Positions 39,118 through 51,089 of a stretch of 64,000 bases of DNA are shown piece by piece. How positions within the stretch are numbered: position 1 is the stretch's first letter; each line of letters begins with the position of its first letter. This DNA comes from Cirrosporium novae-zelandiae. Taxonomy: Eukaryota. The position numbers were made by a program, and so were the translations under genes. The stretch is taken from NCBI GenBank assembly GCA_026023565.1, contig JAPETS010000034.1:248001-312000 (forward strand). Reading direction: 5' to 3'. Below the pieces are notes generated by a model. The model ran no database searches and was not told the DNA's origin. It worked only from the letters and a program-made list of their open reading frames with translations.

Positions 39118-39367
39118 TCATGTGTCCTGACCTTCTCGACGCTGGAGGGTTGAAATTAGCTTGATGAATAATGCGGTCATATCATGATGAGGAGGGAAAT
39201 ATAAAGACGATTGGGTGCGAGAAAAAGGAAACAGCACCACTGACATTATCTATTTGGCTGCTCTCATAGGAGCCCCGGCGAGAACGGTAGTGGTATTGCA
39301 GTAAAACGCCAGCAAGAGCGATGATGATAAAGAAGACGAATCCATCAGACGTTTCATATTTCTTCAT
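39118..39367 (-). CDS. Putative 48-aa single-TM microprotein (copy 1)
   Basis: MKKYETSDGFVFFIIIALAGVLLQYHYRSRRGSYESSQIDN, intron 39142-39244 (GTCAGT..GCTAAT..CAG), then RREGQDT*; paralogous to 42380-42511. Confidence 0.4.
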
Positions 39368-39404
39368 ACTTATTAATGCTAATTGCCTCTTATGTCCTCA
39401 TCCT

Positions 39405-39767
39405 TCCTTCCTTCATTGTGCTATTACATGTCCCAGGAAGGCATATTCACCCAGGGTCTTCCCTTCGCCTCCTCGGACGTTCAAGCACACCTATGTATAG
39501 ACCCTGGCTTTATATCGTCGGCTAACCTTATACTCTTCAGCTCACTAGCTCTCATTTTTCGCCAGAGCCCTGCTCCTACTCTTTTTTCTTTGTGACATTG
39601 TTTCCTTGCCGTCCCTAATTACCCACAGCTTATATCTCACGTTCATCATACTTTCACTGACACCTCTTTGCCGTCGTCGTATCCCATCTTCATCCAACAC
39701 AAGCTTCTTGGCTGTCAAAAGCTAGCCCTGCTCAACAGCTGTCATAGCAACGATGTCACATACATCC
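39405..39767 (+). repeat. Diverged direct duplication, copy A (copy B at 42757-43090)
   Basis: Colinear similarity by eye, e.g. CTCACGTTCATCATACTTTCAC vs CTCACATTCATAATACTTTCAC and TTCCTTCATTGT vs TTCCTTTATTGT. Confidence 0.7.
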
Positions 39768-42379
39768 CTCAACGGTAGGCACAAATCCCCTTTAACCATT
39801 AACACATTCTTCAATTATACGGCTTTCTTCCTTTATCTCCACTAGTTCAAGCTTTGGAACCTTCCAGTGTTATATCTTAGTACTTATATGCGTTTTCTGC
39901 CTTCTCTAGTTGTCATGTGTTCGAGTGTTGTGTCTCGCGTAACGTTACACGAACTATGACCAGTCCTCGGAAGTCCTTTCTAGCCTTCATTAAGGTCGTA
40001 AGGACTTAGGAGGGGCTATTGATATAATGTTATAAGGAACTTATAGACTTTTATGATGTTCTCGATATTTCTTCTCCTTTGTTGAATCTTTCTAGGTAGC
40101 TAATTTATTAATAAAAGTCTAGTGCTGTAGCCTGATGACAGATTTGCTGGTTCAGATGTGGTGGAATGGTTAATTGATTCATTGATTCATTCATATTCTT
40201 ATGAGCTGGTCTTTGTCAGGCGTGCTATGCGGGAATTGGTTGTAACCGATGGAATGGTTAAGGTACCTTGAATGTGGCTTTCCCTCAGATGGGGTAGTTG
40301 GTGAAGGGGTGTGACCCTTACTCTGCTGCTACAGACAGCTTGATGAATTTTGGTGGACCCTAGTCTAGTGAATTTGCTGGGCTTTATTGTACACTCACGC
40401 CCAACTCGTAACTAACAGGGAGTTAGTTGCTTTGACTTCTTATGCCAAAGACCAAAATTTTGGTGAAATAACTATCTCGCCGTCGTTGTTAACCACCTTA
40501 GGCAGTGAGATCGGTGTATGAATGGTTGGGTATTGAAGGGGTATTGTAATACATTTCTAGAATAGACTTGTTGTACGTTGCAGTAGTAGTTGTAGGCAGC
40601 AATGAAGGGGAACCTTGGAACCTTGAAACCCTGGAACAAGAAAGAAAGAAAAAAAAGAGTAGGCGATTATTTGAATATGTGAGTATCTAGTGCAGATAAA
40701 TTAGTCAATCTCGGTCTTTGTCCACGTAATAAGGCAGTAAGGCAGTAAGGCAGTAAGGCAGAAAGATTATTACGGTTGAGGTTATAGTTTATAGTTTGGA
40801 TAATTAAGAAACAAACTATCTCCTGCTCTGTCCACAAATGGGGGGTCAAGCTGGGGGGTCAGTTGGCCCAATGATAAGATCTTGAGGCTCAGTATTATAA
40901 TTATTCTCAACTAGCTTCCGAGGTAGCTTTAACAGTTATATATATTTTTTGATCTTGTAACCCCAAGAATATATGTTTTCCCCCTGCAGATAAAAAAGAA
41001 CCCAAGTCCAAGCGGGGTAAAAAGAACAAAACTAAAAAAAACAAGAATGTGACATCTCATTAGTTGCACTTCCCGTGCATCTTCAGTCCGTGTGTGAGAG
41101 AGACTATTCAATATTTACTTTCGAGCTAACTATAATAACTGGTGATTGGGTTTACTGGCACGAGTAATTCGTACTCAAGTGATCGTGTAAGCCTTTCTAG
41201 AAATCTCTTGCGTCACACCCTAGTTCCCGGACGGTTGACCAGGAGTGGAGGATCCTTGGCAGGACAGCACATTTATTTCCCTTTGCGGCAGCTCTGATTA
41301 GGGTAGCCTTACACATAGTTTATCTCACAGCGATCCCAGCCATTACCATCTTTCGGAATCGATGGACCGACGCGTAAGTCTCCAGTAAAAGGCACTCAAA
41401 GCACATAAAGGTGCACTCGTTATTTTTCAGGGATTTTAAATCTTTGTTGGTCGAGGTGGTTGATCCAAAAGTAATTCTAACTACGTAGCTAGATACTGTG
41501 GTAATATTGGTATCATTAGACAAAAAGAATCCTGGATGTAAATTTGGTTTAATGTTTTTTTTAACAGTACGAGAGAATATTCTACTAAATATCGCTGAGA
41601 GACTACCTGAGATGATTAAATTCAGCTTAAAATCTTTTTTTTTTGTATTTTAGGATTGTTTTAACTTGAGCGTGGACTGACGATCCAACTAACATGGCAT
41701 ATGTTAGGTTTTCCCTGGATTTCTTCAAAGCAGGGTTGATGGACTACATGCGACGAATACATAGTCTACCGGTAAAGGTTTAGGAGATTTGATAGGTTTT
41801 TGCTCCGCATTCTTTATCTTAGCTAGAAGGTACGGGAGAGGCACAATACGTGAAAAATAGTCAGCTCATGGATTATTTCACAAAAAAAACGAAGCGGACT
41901 GCCTTATTATGTGTTTGGCCAAGCTTTTTGGTTGTGGCTGTGCAAAGAGCGTACTTCGACAGGGGTCCCAGTTCTCTGTATTTTAATCTGTAATGTCAAC
42001 TTTTGTTGTCTTTCTTCCCCGCTTCTATGGTTTACAGGCACTTGAAGTCCGTAAATATTTGAAATATTACGGCGAATATTAACCGTATAAAGCTAGAGGG
42101 CGAGCTAACAGTTATTCTAGGATTGACTATGCAGTAGTAGCAGTAGTAGTCGTAGATTCATAACAGGATTAACCTGCGACGCGGGCTTGCTTTGCAACGG
42201 GAGAGAGGACCCTTGTGTCATTCGCTTATTCCATATAATATATAAAGTGAAAAATCCCATATTTCTCTATTACTTCTTTGATTTTGGTCTTTATTTTTTC
42301 CCTCGCATTCGTCTTCAGTTATTGTTATAGCACTTTTAAAGTCCCTTAAAGCCTCTAACCCCTTTGGAGTACTTCAATA

Positions 42380-42511
42380 ATGGACAACAACGAGACTATT
42401 GATGTTGTCATTGGTATAATTAGCATACTCATCGGTATCGTAAGCCTTTTGCTGCAACACTACTACCATGTTCACCCACACTTCCATGGCGCGGCTCCCA
42501 ATAACCCTTGA
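42380..42511 (+). CDS. Putative 43-aa single-TM microprotein (copy 2)
   Basis: MDNNETIDVVIGIISILIGIVSLLLQHYYHVHPHFHGAAPNNP*; TATATAAA at ~42239, CT-rich leader, CAATA-ATG context; intron-like 42531-42622 just after the stop. Confidence 0.45.
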   Translation: MDNNETIDVVIGIISILIGIVSLLLQHYYHVHPHFHGAAPNNP

Positions 42512-42756
42512 GGGAAGTTAAACAAACAATGTTAGTAGCGCTATTTCTTTTTCCTCGTATTCAACTTCTCTTCACGCCATGACATGACCACATTATTCAT
42601 CAAGCTGACCCCGATCCTTTAGTAGTAAAGGGGACTAATGAAGTAAACATTGAGACTTTTACTACTTGGGGTGTTTTGGTTAGCAGACCGAGACTAATTA
42701 TTGAAGCCGAGCTCACAAACACTTTCCCATTTCTTGACGCCGCCTACGTTCCCGCC

Positions 42757-43090
42757 ATTCCTTTATTGTACCGTCACATATATGTACGAAGACATACCAG
42801 CCCAGGACGGTCTTTTCAACTTCCTGGAGTTGAGTAGACCTATATACAGTCGCTGACTTTATTGTACCACCACCCGGCCTTACACTATCCATATGTTTCA
42901 TCAACCCTCGTTGTTCGTTAGCTGCTCTCGGTTCCCTTCTCTTGGAATATTGCATCTTTCCCGTCTCCGATCACCCCCGGCGCATACTCACATTCATAAT
43001 ACTTTCACCACAATCTTTTTGCCATCTTCATCACAAGTTTTGTCGCAGTCAAGCCGAGCTCAGTCATCACGGCAACGACACCAAACATCC
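42757..43090 (+). repeat. Diverged direct duplication, copy B (copy A at 39405-39767)
   Basis: Same colinear blocks as copy A, including CATCTTCATC..ACAAG and GCAACGA..ACATCC. Confidence 0.7.
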
Positions 43091-45550
43091 ATTTAGTGCG
43101 ATCTTTTGAAAGTGTTCTCCACTCGCTTGTGAATCATATACTGGCCGCTCTAGGCTCTTTCTAAAATAGACCGCCTGAGTTTCTCATGAGATAACCGTCT
43201 TCAGGGCTCTCGACGTGGCCCACGGCTTTGATCTCGCCTTGATAGGATCGCAGGATCCAGCTATGTCGCACATCACATTCTCTTACACAACCTAGACCGG
43301 TGGTCCGCAGTCCTCTCTATGCTTTATTTGGTTTTCATGGGTTTGGGCGTGATCATTGGTGGAATGATTATGTTATGGGAAACTTACGGATTTTTATGCT
43401 TTTGATATTCTTTTCCCACTTCGTTGGAATTTTTTAGATAGCGAATTTGTTTGTCGACATCAAGCGTTGCAATCATCTAGAGCGAGTATCTGGATATTGT
43501 TATTCCCGACGGGCGTTCTTAGCGAACCAATGGGGATTTTTAGGGTTATTTGTTCGACATGCAGTCCCTTGATTCCATTCAACTCTTCAGATTATCTTTT
43601 TGCCAATCTCAAGGGCCATGACTAAAGGAGTGGGATATATAGATAGAACTTACCTTTGACTAGCATAGCAAGTTTTGCATTAGCCTCGTCTTCTATCGAT
43701 GTACCTAGAAATAAATTAGACTCGAGGCCGCTTCCTGCTATCAAATAACAGTAGAGTTATTTGTGGAAGTTTTATGGGTAAAGGGTCTTTCCCTTTAGTA
43801 GGCTTCGATCATTATCCCTCTGTTTAGAGCGTTCGTAGGTCGAAGGTTGCTTTGAATTACCTGCGAGCTCTGATATTGTGATCTTCGTTTGATAGGACCG
43901 GCCTTATCTGTGTTATATTTGTCTTCTGTAGGTGGGATTGGAAGGAACCTGAGCTAGTTGAATGAGGCTATGGAGAGATATTGAATTGGATTATTGGTGT
44001 TTGCGGCGGCATTGGTGTTGATCACGTAACATTATTGATGATAGGGGGTTCAGGATATTGATGAAGAGAGGTCAGGCCTGTTGAAGATGACCGAAAGATG
44101 ATAATAAGAGCAGATATCAACAAGCATTTGAACTTTCTCATGGTAAAATCAAATAACATTTTAAAAAAAAATAATAATGAAGGAAGATGGCAAAAAGAAT
44201 ATCCAGCTCGCACCGAGTAGATCTGAGATATCCGAAACTCATCCAACCCATTACTTTGCTACTCTATCTACGCTTGGTCCTTTATTCAAGGCATTCATGG
44301 GGGATTGGTTTTCACAGGTCAGCTGGTCCACGGTTCAAGCCCAGGTTAAAGGTGCCACACAGATGCGAATTGTGTGGGGGTGGAAGATCTCTCGACCAAC
44401 CCGCCTGTTCGGTTAAAAAAAAACGTGGTAATGTAATATTTATGGGGTACCCGCACCTTGAGCACCATGGTTCAACCCCGGGGGGTTGCACGCAGATTTC
44501 TTTTTTGCAACGACCAACACCTACCATCATCTCAACCCATAAAACTCATTTAGAAGCAACCTCATCACCAAGTACAATAATTATTTTGATCAACCAAAAA
44601 ACAGAGGTTACTTTTTCAGCTCAGCTGCTGAGGGCCAAGGAAGGCATGGCCTAGTCACGGTGTATCTTACAAGGTCGATACTATGCTGCACTTCAATGTC
44701 AACTTCTCATATTACATCACCGAGTCATCTTTTCTCGCATACTTCATATCCACAATAACTCCAATTCTCAAACTCCCCAGTAAGAGGTTGAAGTTAATTG
44801 TCGATAACTACCACCAGCCATGTGAACTAATATCCCTCTTTCTCTAGTGCAAGGAAACTTTCCTACTTACTTTTACCATTATGACGAGCCTCCAGGAGAC
44901 TTTCTACACAAAATGCAAAGTACAGTGGAAGTCTCTCGGGATTTAGGATGAGGTGGAGAGAGTCTAGATGATGATACATCATAGACGTATGAAATGGCAG
45001 AGAATCCGTGGGAACATCAGAAAATTTAGTAATGAAAGGAGGGAATGTCATTAGATTCACGATATATAGGGAAGAACTCGGCTCTTGAGATGATATAGAG
45101 GTGGTACAAGATATTTAATGTAAGGACGCTCATTATATATAATGTGAAGTAATGATTTAGTTTTTTTTAAGGTTAGTAGTTCATGAGGCTGGCGTTTAAC
45201 GTTTAGCGCAATGTATACTCGAGACCTCGAATAATGACGCACCATTAAGTACCTCAAATGCGTTTACTGCGTATGTTGATTACCGTAGGACCTTCATGAA
45301 TACCCTAAGGCAGCCACATTTTAGTTAGCTGGGCTTTTGCACCACAGTTACAGTACTTTATCCTTCTTAGTAGCCCCTCTCGGCTTTGTACCTTGTACCT
45401 TACTGCTCCTTCTTATTTGTGACTTTCGCATTGGCATATTGGGCATCACCAGTCTTCTGTATTGCCATACTAAAGTAACCACGATCACGATACACTCACT
45501 CCATTCAGTCGCCCTGTCACCCCCCCGCTTAAGGTAAGCGGCAGCAACCA

Positions 45551-47325
45551 ATGGCCCCTTCAGGAACAGGCAAGAGAGGTCCAACAGTGCTGGTAAGACC
45601 GCTGTGATTTTTTTTATTGCTGAGTATTATCCAACCATCTTCTTGGTTATATCGAGCTCTGAACTCACCATGTTTCGTCGTAAACAGGTCACTGATGCGA
45701 GAGAACAACTTCCACCTTTTCGACGACAACCCTCACGGTCCATCATCACCGTCGACAACATCCTTCAATATGCCTCCGAGATTCCTTCCATGCAGCAGCG
45801 CCAACCTGGAGCCCGGATGGTGCCCGTCCGCACTCCATCTGGAAGGCCATTCCCTCAGCGCGTCCGCCTAACTGGCCAATTTGCACAGCAGCATATGCCG
45901 AATCGATCGAGTAAAACCAGCGAGAAGCTTGTCTACATACCCGAGGCAAAAGGACAAGGTGATCAAGATGAGAAGGCAGATTTTGACGAGGATAATGAGC
46001 GAATGCCACTCCGAGATGACGAGGAAGAGAGAAGGTCTGCGTCATCGGGAGGAAAGAGCTTTGCTGAACGATTACCTAAGGCTAAAAGAACGGAAAGATT
46101 TTCACGGGCTACAGCATACTGTACAGCTCAGGCTTTCAAGATGCGTTGGACGACCCAGTTCTTAAAGGATAAACATGAAGCTCGGACAAAATTATATGAT
46201 GATTGCTTATATACAGTTTATCAGCTCCCTCTACAACCAGGAAACGACGGCTATAGAGTAAAGAGCAGTCCAGTCCTTAAGGCCCCAGGCGGGAAAACTG
46301 TCCTTGATGAAGAAATCGAACGCAGCGAAAGACGAGATCATCACGACTGGGGCGAAACCTTTGGCACCAGCCCAGAGCTGACAGCACACAGAGAAGCCGC
46401 CCGTTCGAATTTAGACCAACACCTCAACGGTCACAGTGAGCATGACCACGAAAGTGGTACCAGCACTCCTGACCGTGTGGCTCCAGATGCCTTCACGTTT
46501 GGTGAAATGTTCGTCTTCTCCTACGGTGTCGTGGTGTTCTGGAATTTTACAGAACACCAGGAGAAAGACATTCTCGCAGACCTCACATTCTCCGCTCATG
46601 ACACCGGCGTCTCACTCGTTACGCAGCCCCTAGACGAAGAGGACTTTGAGACAGAAGAATTCCACTTCGAATATGCACCAGAGGTTGCTCGCCCCCGTGT
46701 CTTCAACGACATGATCACCCTCAAATCTGGTGACCACATGATCAAACTTTCCATCTCGCACGCCATCGCCCAGAGCACCAAACTCATCTACTTCGAAGAA
46801 CAAATCAAATCCCGCATGGAAGAAGTGATGTACGTACCGAAACGCCTCGCCCTAACTGGCCAACTTGGCCTCCAACGCATGGACGTCGTCAAGATCCTCG
46901 GTGGGCTATTCAAGTCCCGCGTAGACGTGAACCTCTCATCCAACATGCTCGACACTCCGACCTTTTTCTGGGAAAGCGAACCCACGCTGCGCCCCCTCTA
47001 CGAAGCCGTCCGCGAGTACCTCGAGATAAAACCTCGCATCCAGATCCTCAACGAACGCTGCCGCGTGTTCCTCGACCTTACTGAGATCCTCTCTGATTCC
47101 ATTGCCGATAGCAAGACCAGTCGCCAGACATGGATCATCATCGTTTTGATCATTTTGAGCATCCTCGTTACATGTAGCGAAGTTTTCTTAAGATTTGGGA
47201 TTCTGTCGAGGAAGGTGGATGGTAATAGGGGGGATCCGACTTTCGGGGGAAGTGGGGGGATATTGGGGAGTAGTTGTGTTTGCGAGGACGTGGGAGGCCT
47301 TGGGATCGTCAAAGATTTATTATGA
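45551..47325 (+). CDS. RMD8: DUF155/RMD1-family sporulation protein, RMD8-like
   Basis: Exon 1 MAPSGTGKRGPTVL, intron 45593-45687; TAYCTA, LYDDCLYTVYQLPLQPG..YRVKS, FVFSYGVVVFWNF, SHAIAQSTKL, YLEIKPRIQILNER; C-terminal TM. Confidence 0.85.
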
Positions 47326-48323
47326 GTATTGGTAGGGTTGGGGGGGTGTACGGTTGGATCGAGGGCACCGAACTGAAAACATAACTGAACAGAATAATCC
47401 ATGCATACCATCTGGAGTCGTTGAAACGAATGCCTAGTAGCCAACTTTGGGCTACTAATTACAAAGATTACGAATTTGTCTTTTTTTTTGCTATTGAAGC
47501 ATGGAATGGGATAGGGATGGCATAGGGATGGCGAAAAGTTTACCTGGACTTGCATTTTAGGAGGCGTTCGTTCCTGGTCATGGTTATGGTCTCCTTGATT
47601 GATAAAAAAGAAAAACGAGAAATGAACATATGGAGGACTCTCGTTTTTTTGTTGGTAGGAAGTAACAGAGGTTAGATTGTTAGTTGGACGTCGGAGGGGC
47701 TCATGCACATGCACACACAGAGAGAGAGGGAGAAGGGGGGGAGGGGAGGAGTGAATTAACATATTCAGCTAATGGTGACGTTATAGTGATGCTATAGTGT
47801 TGTGGTGCCTATCTTCCAAATATCAAATATTAAAACATCCAGAAGAAATTTGGATTTTTCCATGATTGGTTGATTGATTATAACTAATGCTGCCAGCCCA
47901 GGTAATTGCGAACATTGTAATTCATGCATAACTCATGTATGTGCCATACCATATTCATCATCACCATCGAATCATCGTCATCATCACGAATCATATACCC
48001 CATACCCCATATCTTCGACGCCGGATCTTCCTCGTCTTATTTGTTTGTTTGTTCCCCTTTCCTCCCTTTCCTCCATTTCCGCCAGAATAAACCATGCATG
48101 CATGCAATCAATGCAATTGAAATACCAGATCCAGATCCACCATTTGTTTGTCCAAGAATGAATATCCAAAGATGGATTTTGACAACGAACTCAACGTTGG
48201 AGAAACCCTCAATGAGATCTCACACCTCCCCCTCGTCCTCAGACCTCATCAAAATAGGGAAGCCCACAACCCAAACCCACAAAAATCAGCTACATCGTCC
48301 CCCCCCCCAAAAAGGACAAATCC

Positions 48324-49738
48324 TCACCCCTCCCTAACAAGCGTAACTCTCCCGCCCTTCTCCCCCTCATCCCGAACCTTACACCCCCTCTCAAGGGCCA
48401 ATTCGCAAAGCCACCGCAGCACGCCCTTGGCACAAGCCTCCTTGGCTGCTTTCTTGCCACTGATATGTCGCACCTCGCCGTAGGGGCCTGGGAATTGGAA
48501 TTCGTGGGTGAAATAGGCGGCGCCGCTGTGGAGGGAGGGGACTATTGGGTTGTCGGGCTTGATGCGGTATTCTGGGGGTGGGAGGCCGAGGAGGGGGCAG
48601 AGTTCTGTGGGTGGGGTTAGTTAAATGTGGGGGGTAAGGGTATAGTTTTGAGAGGGAAGGAGAGGGGACGACTTACGATTGACCCTCTGTGCATAGCTGA
48701 CTTCCTTTTTCACAGAAGGGATTCCGACAGACGACAGTGGTGGTGGAATATCATCCCCCAGAGAAGGCTGACGTCTATGTTCATGACTGTGTTCGGGGCC
48801 CGACTCAGACGAGGGCACCGGACATTTATCGACCTTCTTAGCTGTCCCAAGCTTTGCTTTCTTCTTTGCCGTCGTGAGGTCCTCAGGAATGTGGCCATTC
48901 TCCACGAGCCAGAGGACCGCTTCGCGGGCTGCGGCAGTCTTAGCGGCTCTTTTGCTGGGGTATTGCGTGTCCCTACTACCGAAGGACTTGAATTCTGGGC
49001 TGGAGGGTTGGCCCAGGGAGATTGTGAGTTCCATGGAGAAGGTTTTGGTGTTTGGGATGGTAAAGGCATTGTAGACGGGATGAGGGAGGGACTTTTGTTG
49101 CACCCATTCTGTGGGATGGTAAGTAAGAAATATAAGACGCCCCGCGTGGAATATCAAGCGGTGGAAAGTTGATACGGGTGGAGTCTACCTTGCAACTTGC
49201 CAATCCAATTCTCCTCGGTCCCTGCCTTAGATCCCGATCCCTGACTCGCCGTCTCGGTCCTCCTCTCCAAAGCCTCTATGCCTTTTATAGAAATCGACCC
49301 CTTTGCATCCTTCTTGCTCTGGTACGGGCCCTCATCATTTAATTCCTCCACGCCGAGTCGAAGTTTCACGGAGAACCGTTGCTGGGAGACTTCCTCAAAT
49401 CCAAAAACGGGTATGATGCCTTGTAATTGAGCGAGATGGTTGAGGCGTGCAACAGCCTCGGGGTTGGCACCTTTGGATCTAGGTGATAAGGGCACTGGCG
49501 TTTTGCTGGGGGAATGCGTGGGCGAAATTTCGCTCAGAATTTGCTGAATGTCTTCGCGGGCAAGGTAGGTGGCGACGTCGGGATATTCTTCTTTTGAGGT
49601 TTTCGGTGGAGATGGCTTCTGCGAGGAGGATGCCATAACCGGCGTTCTTTTGGAAGAAAAGTTCGCCTGTTGTGGTGAGCAAGGGGATGGCTGAGAGGAA
49701 GATGGTGAAATGAGGCTTTTCATAAGGTCTTCCCCCAT
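48324..49738 (-). CDS. Protein with three double-stranded-RNA-binding motifs (dsRBD)
   Basis: Three units: AVARLNHLAQ...SKKDAK; WIGKLQEWVQ..P.Y...SKRAAKTAAAREAV; YAQRVNQLC..LPPPEY...GKKAAKEACAKGVL. Introns 49109-49188 and 48605-48676. Confidence 0.82.
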
Positions 49739-50688
49739 GGTTGCTAAACTGCCTGTAATAGCCGTCCTAGACAACGCAATTGAGTGGATATCTGAACAAT
49801 TCGTAGGCCTAGAATAGCAACAGAAAAGGGCCAATGAAAGCTAAAAGAATCATTCAATATTCAGCGATAACAAGGAGTGTGGTAATTTGAAACAATGCTA
49901 AACTACAGTTCCATGCATGTAATAAGATAACCATAGTGTAGCAAGCAAATTTTTAAAGAGGCAGAAGAAAGAAGACAAACAATTGGCGAAGGCTATTGCC
50001 TCAACTACATACAAATTGTGAAGGGCTTGGGGTAATGACTTTATAACGAGGGGGAAGGAGTGAATATAATATAATACCTTCTCGACTTATGCCAAGTTCC
50101 TATTCTCGCTACTTGTACTGTTCTAAAGATATAAGTAGAGCCTAATGATTGATAAAGCTTGCTTATTTCTGTTATGGGTGTTTGGAGTGAAGCTGGAGGC
50201 ATGGATTTGTCGTGGTACCTATTGGACAATTAAGTGACTTTTCGATGACGAAGTTCGGAACGTGCGGGGGTGTCAATGTATCAATTTACATTTATAATTA
50301 CAATTTAATTACACCACCTTCTTTCCTTAGACAGCCACTAAATCATGTCTTAAGTTTATCGGACCCTAGCAGATGATATCAAGATATTTATTATATTGAG
50401 CTTAACAAATGCGCCAAATTACTAATGAATACTTGAGTAAAAAAAAAATATCCAGCTAGTACTATCTAGTTTTAATATAGTATTGAACCTGCGTATCATG
50501 CCCATGAAGCCGTAATGTACCTCCCACTCTTGTCGCAGAGAGCGCCGTTAGGGCTTAAACCTGAGGTCATTGTAGTAGCAGTGCGGGGAGAATAAGACAT
50601 AGATAGCACAGGTAATATTAGCAGTATCCTTGGATCCTTCCAGTAACAGTGACTTCAAGACATGACTCACATTAAGGGAAAAAGAGAA

Positions 50689-51089
50689 GAGAATCATCGT
50701 CCCACACCAGAGTAATCAGAATCGAATGATACCGTCACCTCCCCTCAAAAGAGAAGAGGTTTGGCACGCTGCGTATTGCACTAAAGTGCGAACATAGCAC
50801 ACAATCTTCGCAACGGCTCTCCCATAGGGACAACCCAGATCATCCTTAACCCTCCGAAGAGGTTATAAAGAAAGCAGGCAGCCCTGAATCTCTGATGCCA
50901 ATTGCAGACGTGAATCACGCCAGGCCCTTACGGGCAGTACCTGCGCACTTCTTTCAAAGGCGGTGGTGTAAGGTGAAGATTACTCCGAATTTCTCATTTG
51001 CATTCTGTAAGGCTCTCTCGAGAGAGGATAACTCGAAAGCTATCTGTTGGTAGCAAAGAAACGCAGCGTTGGGTGGGACGACGAAACTC
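50689..51089 (-). ncRNA. RPR1: Nuclear RNase P RNA (~400 nt)
   Basis: Minus strand shows P1 (GUCGUCCCAC 51073-51082 with GUGGGACGAU 50696-50705), P2 (CGCUGCGU 51061-51068 with ACGCAGCG 50767-50774), P3 loop ACAGA strands, CR-I GAGAAAUUCGG (50985-50995), CR-II AUCAGAGAUUCA (50885-50896), CR-III AUGGGAG, CR-IV AGUGCAAU (50775-50782), CR-V CGAUUCUGAUUAC (50712-50724). P4 AAUUCGGA/UCUGAUU is compensatory relative to the recalled yeast AAUUCGGU/ACCGAUU. GUAA and UUCG tetraloop hairpins; U5 run downstream. Confidence 0.93.

Noticed and set aside
39160..39245. Box C/D snoRNA-like reading (TGATGA...CTGA) on the plus strand
   Set aside because: The paralogous copy has CTAA in place of box D, no rRNA guide was recognised, and the opposite-strand intron reading fits both copies; a snoRNA scan would settle it.
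39960..40125. TpA-rich stretch suggestive of a RIP-mutated transposon relic
   Set aside because: Too short, no recognisable TE motif; cannot be supported without a RIP index or repeat search.
44325..44490. Two GGTTCAA words resembling tRNA T-loops
   Set aside because: T-stems pair poorly; no A-box or cloverleaf.
46998..47762. 254-aa minus-strand ORF
   Set aside because: Antisense to the RMD8 3' end and UTR; low-complexity, no motifs.
50689..51089. Alternative identities: telomerase RNA, U3, SRP RNA, hammerhead ribozyme
   Set aside because: No free TAACCCTAA template, no U3 box A, no SRP helix-8 motif, no CUGAUGA/GAAA core; RNase P conserved regions fit in order.
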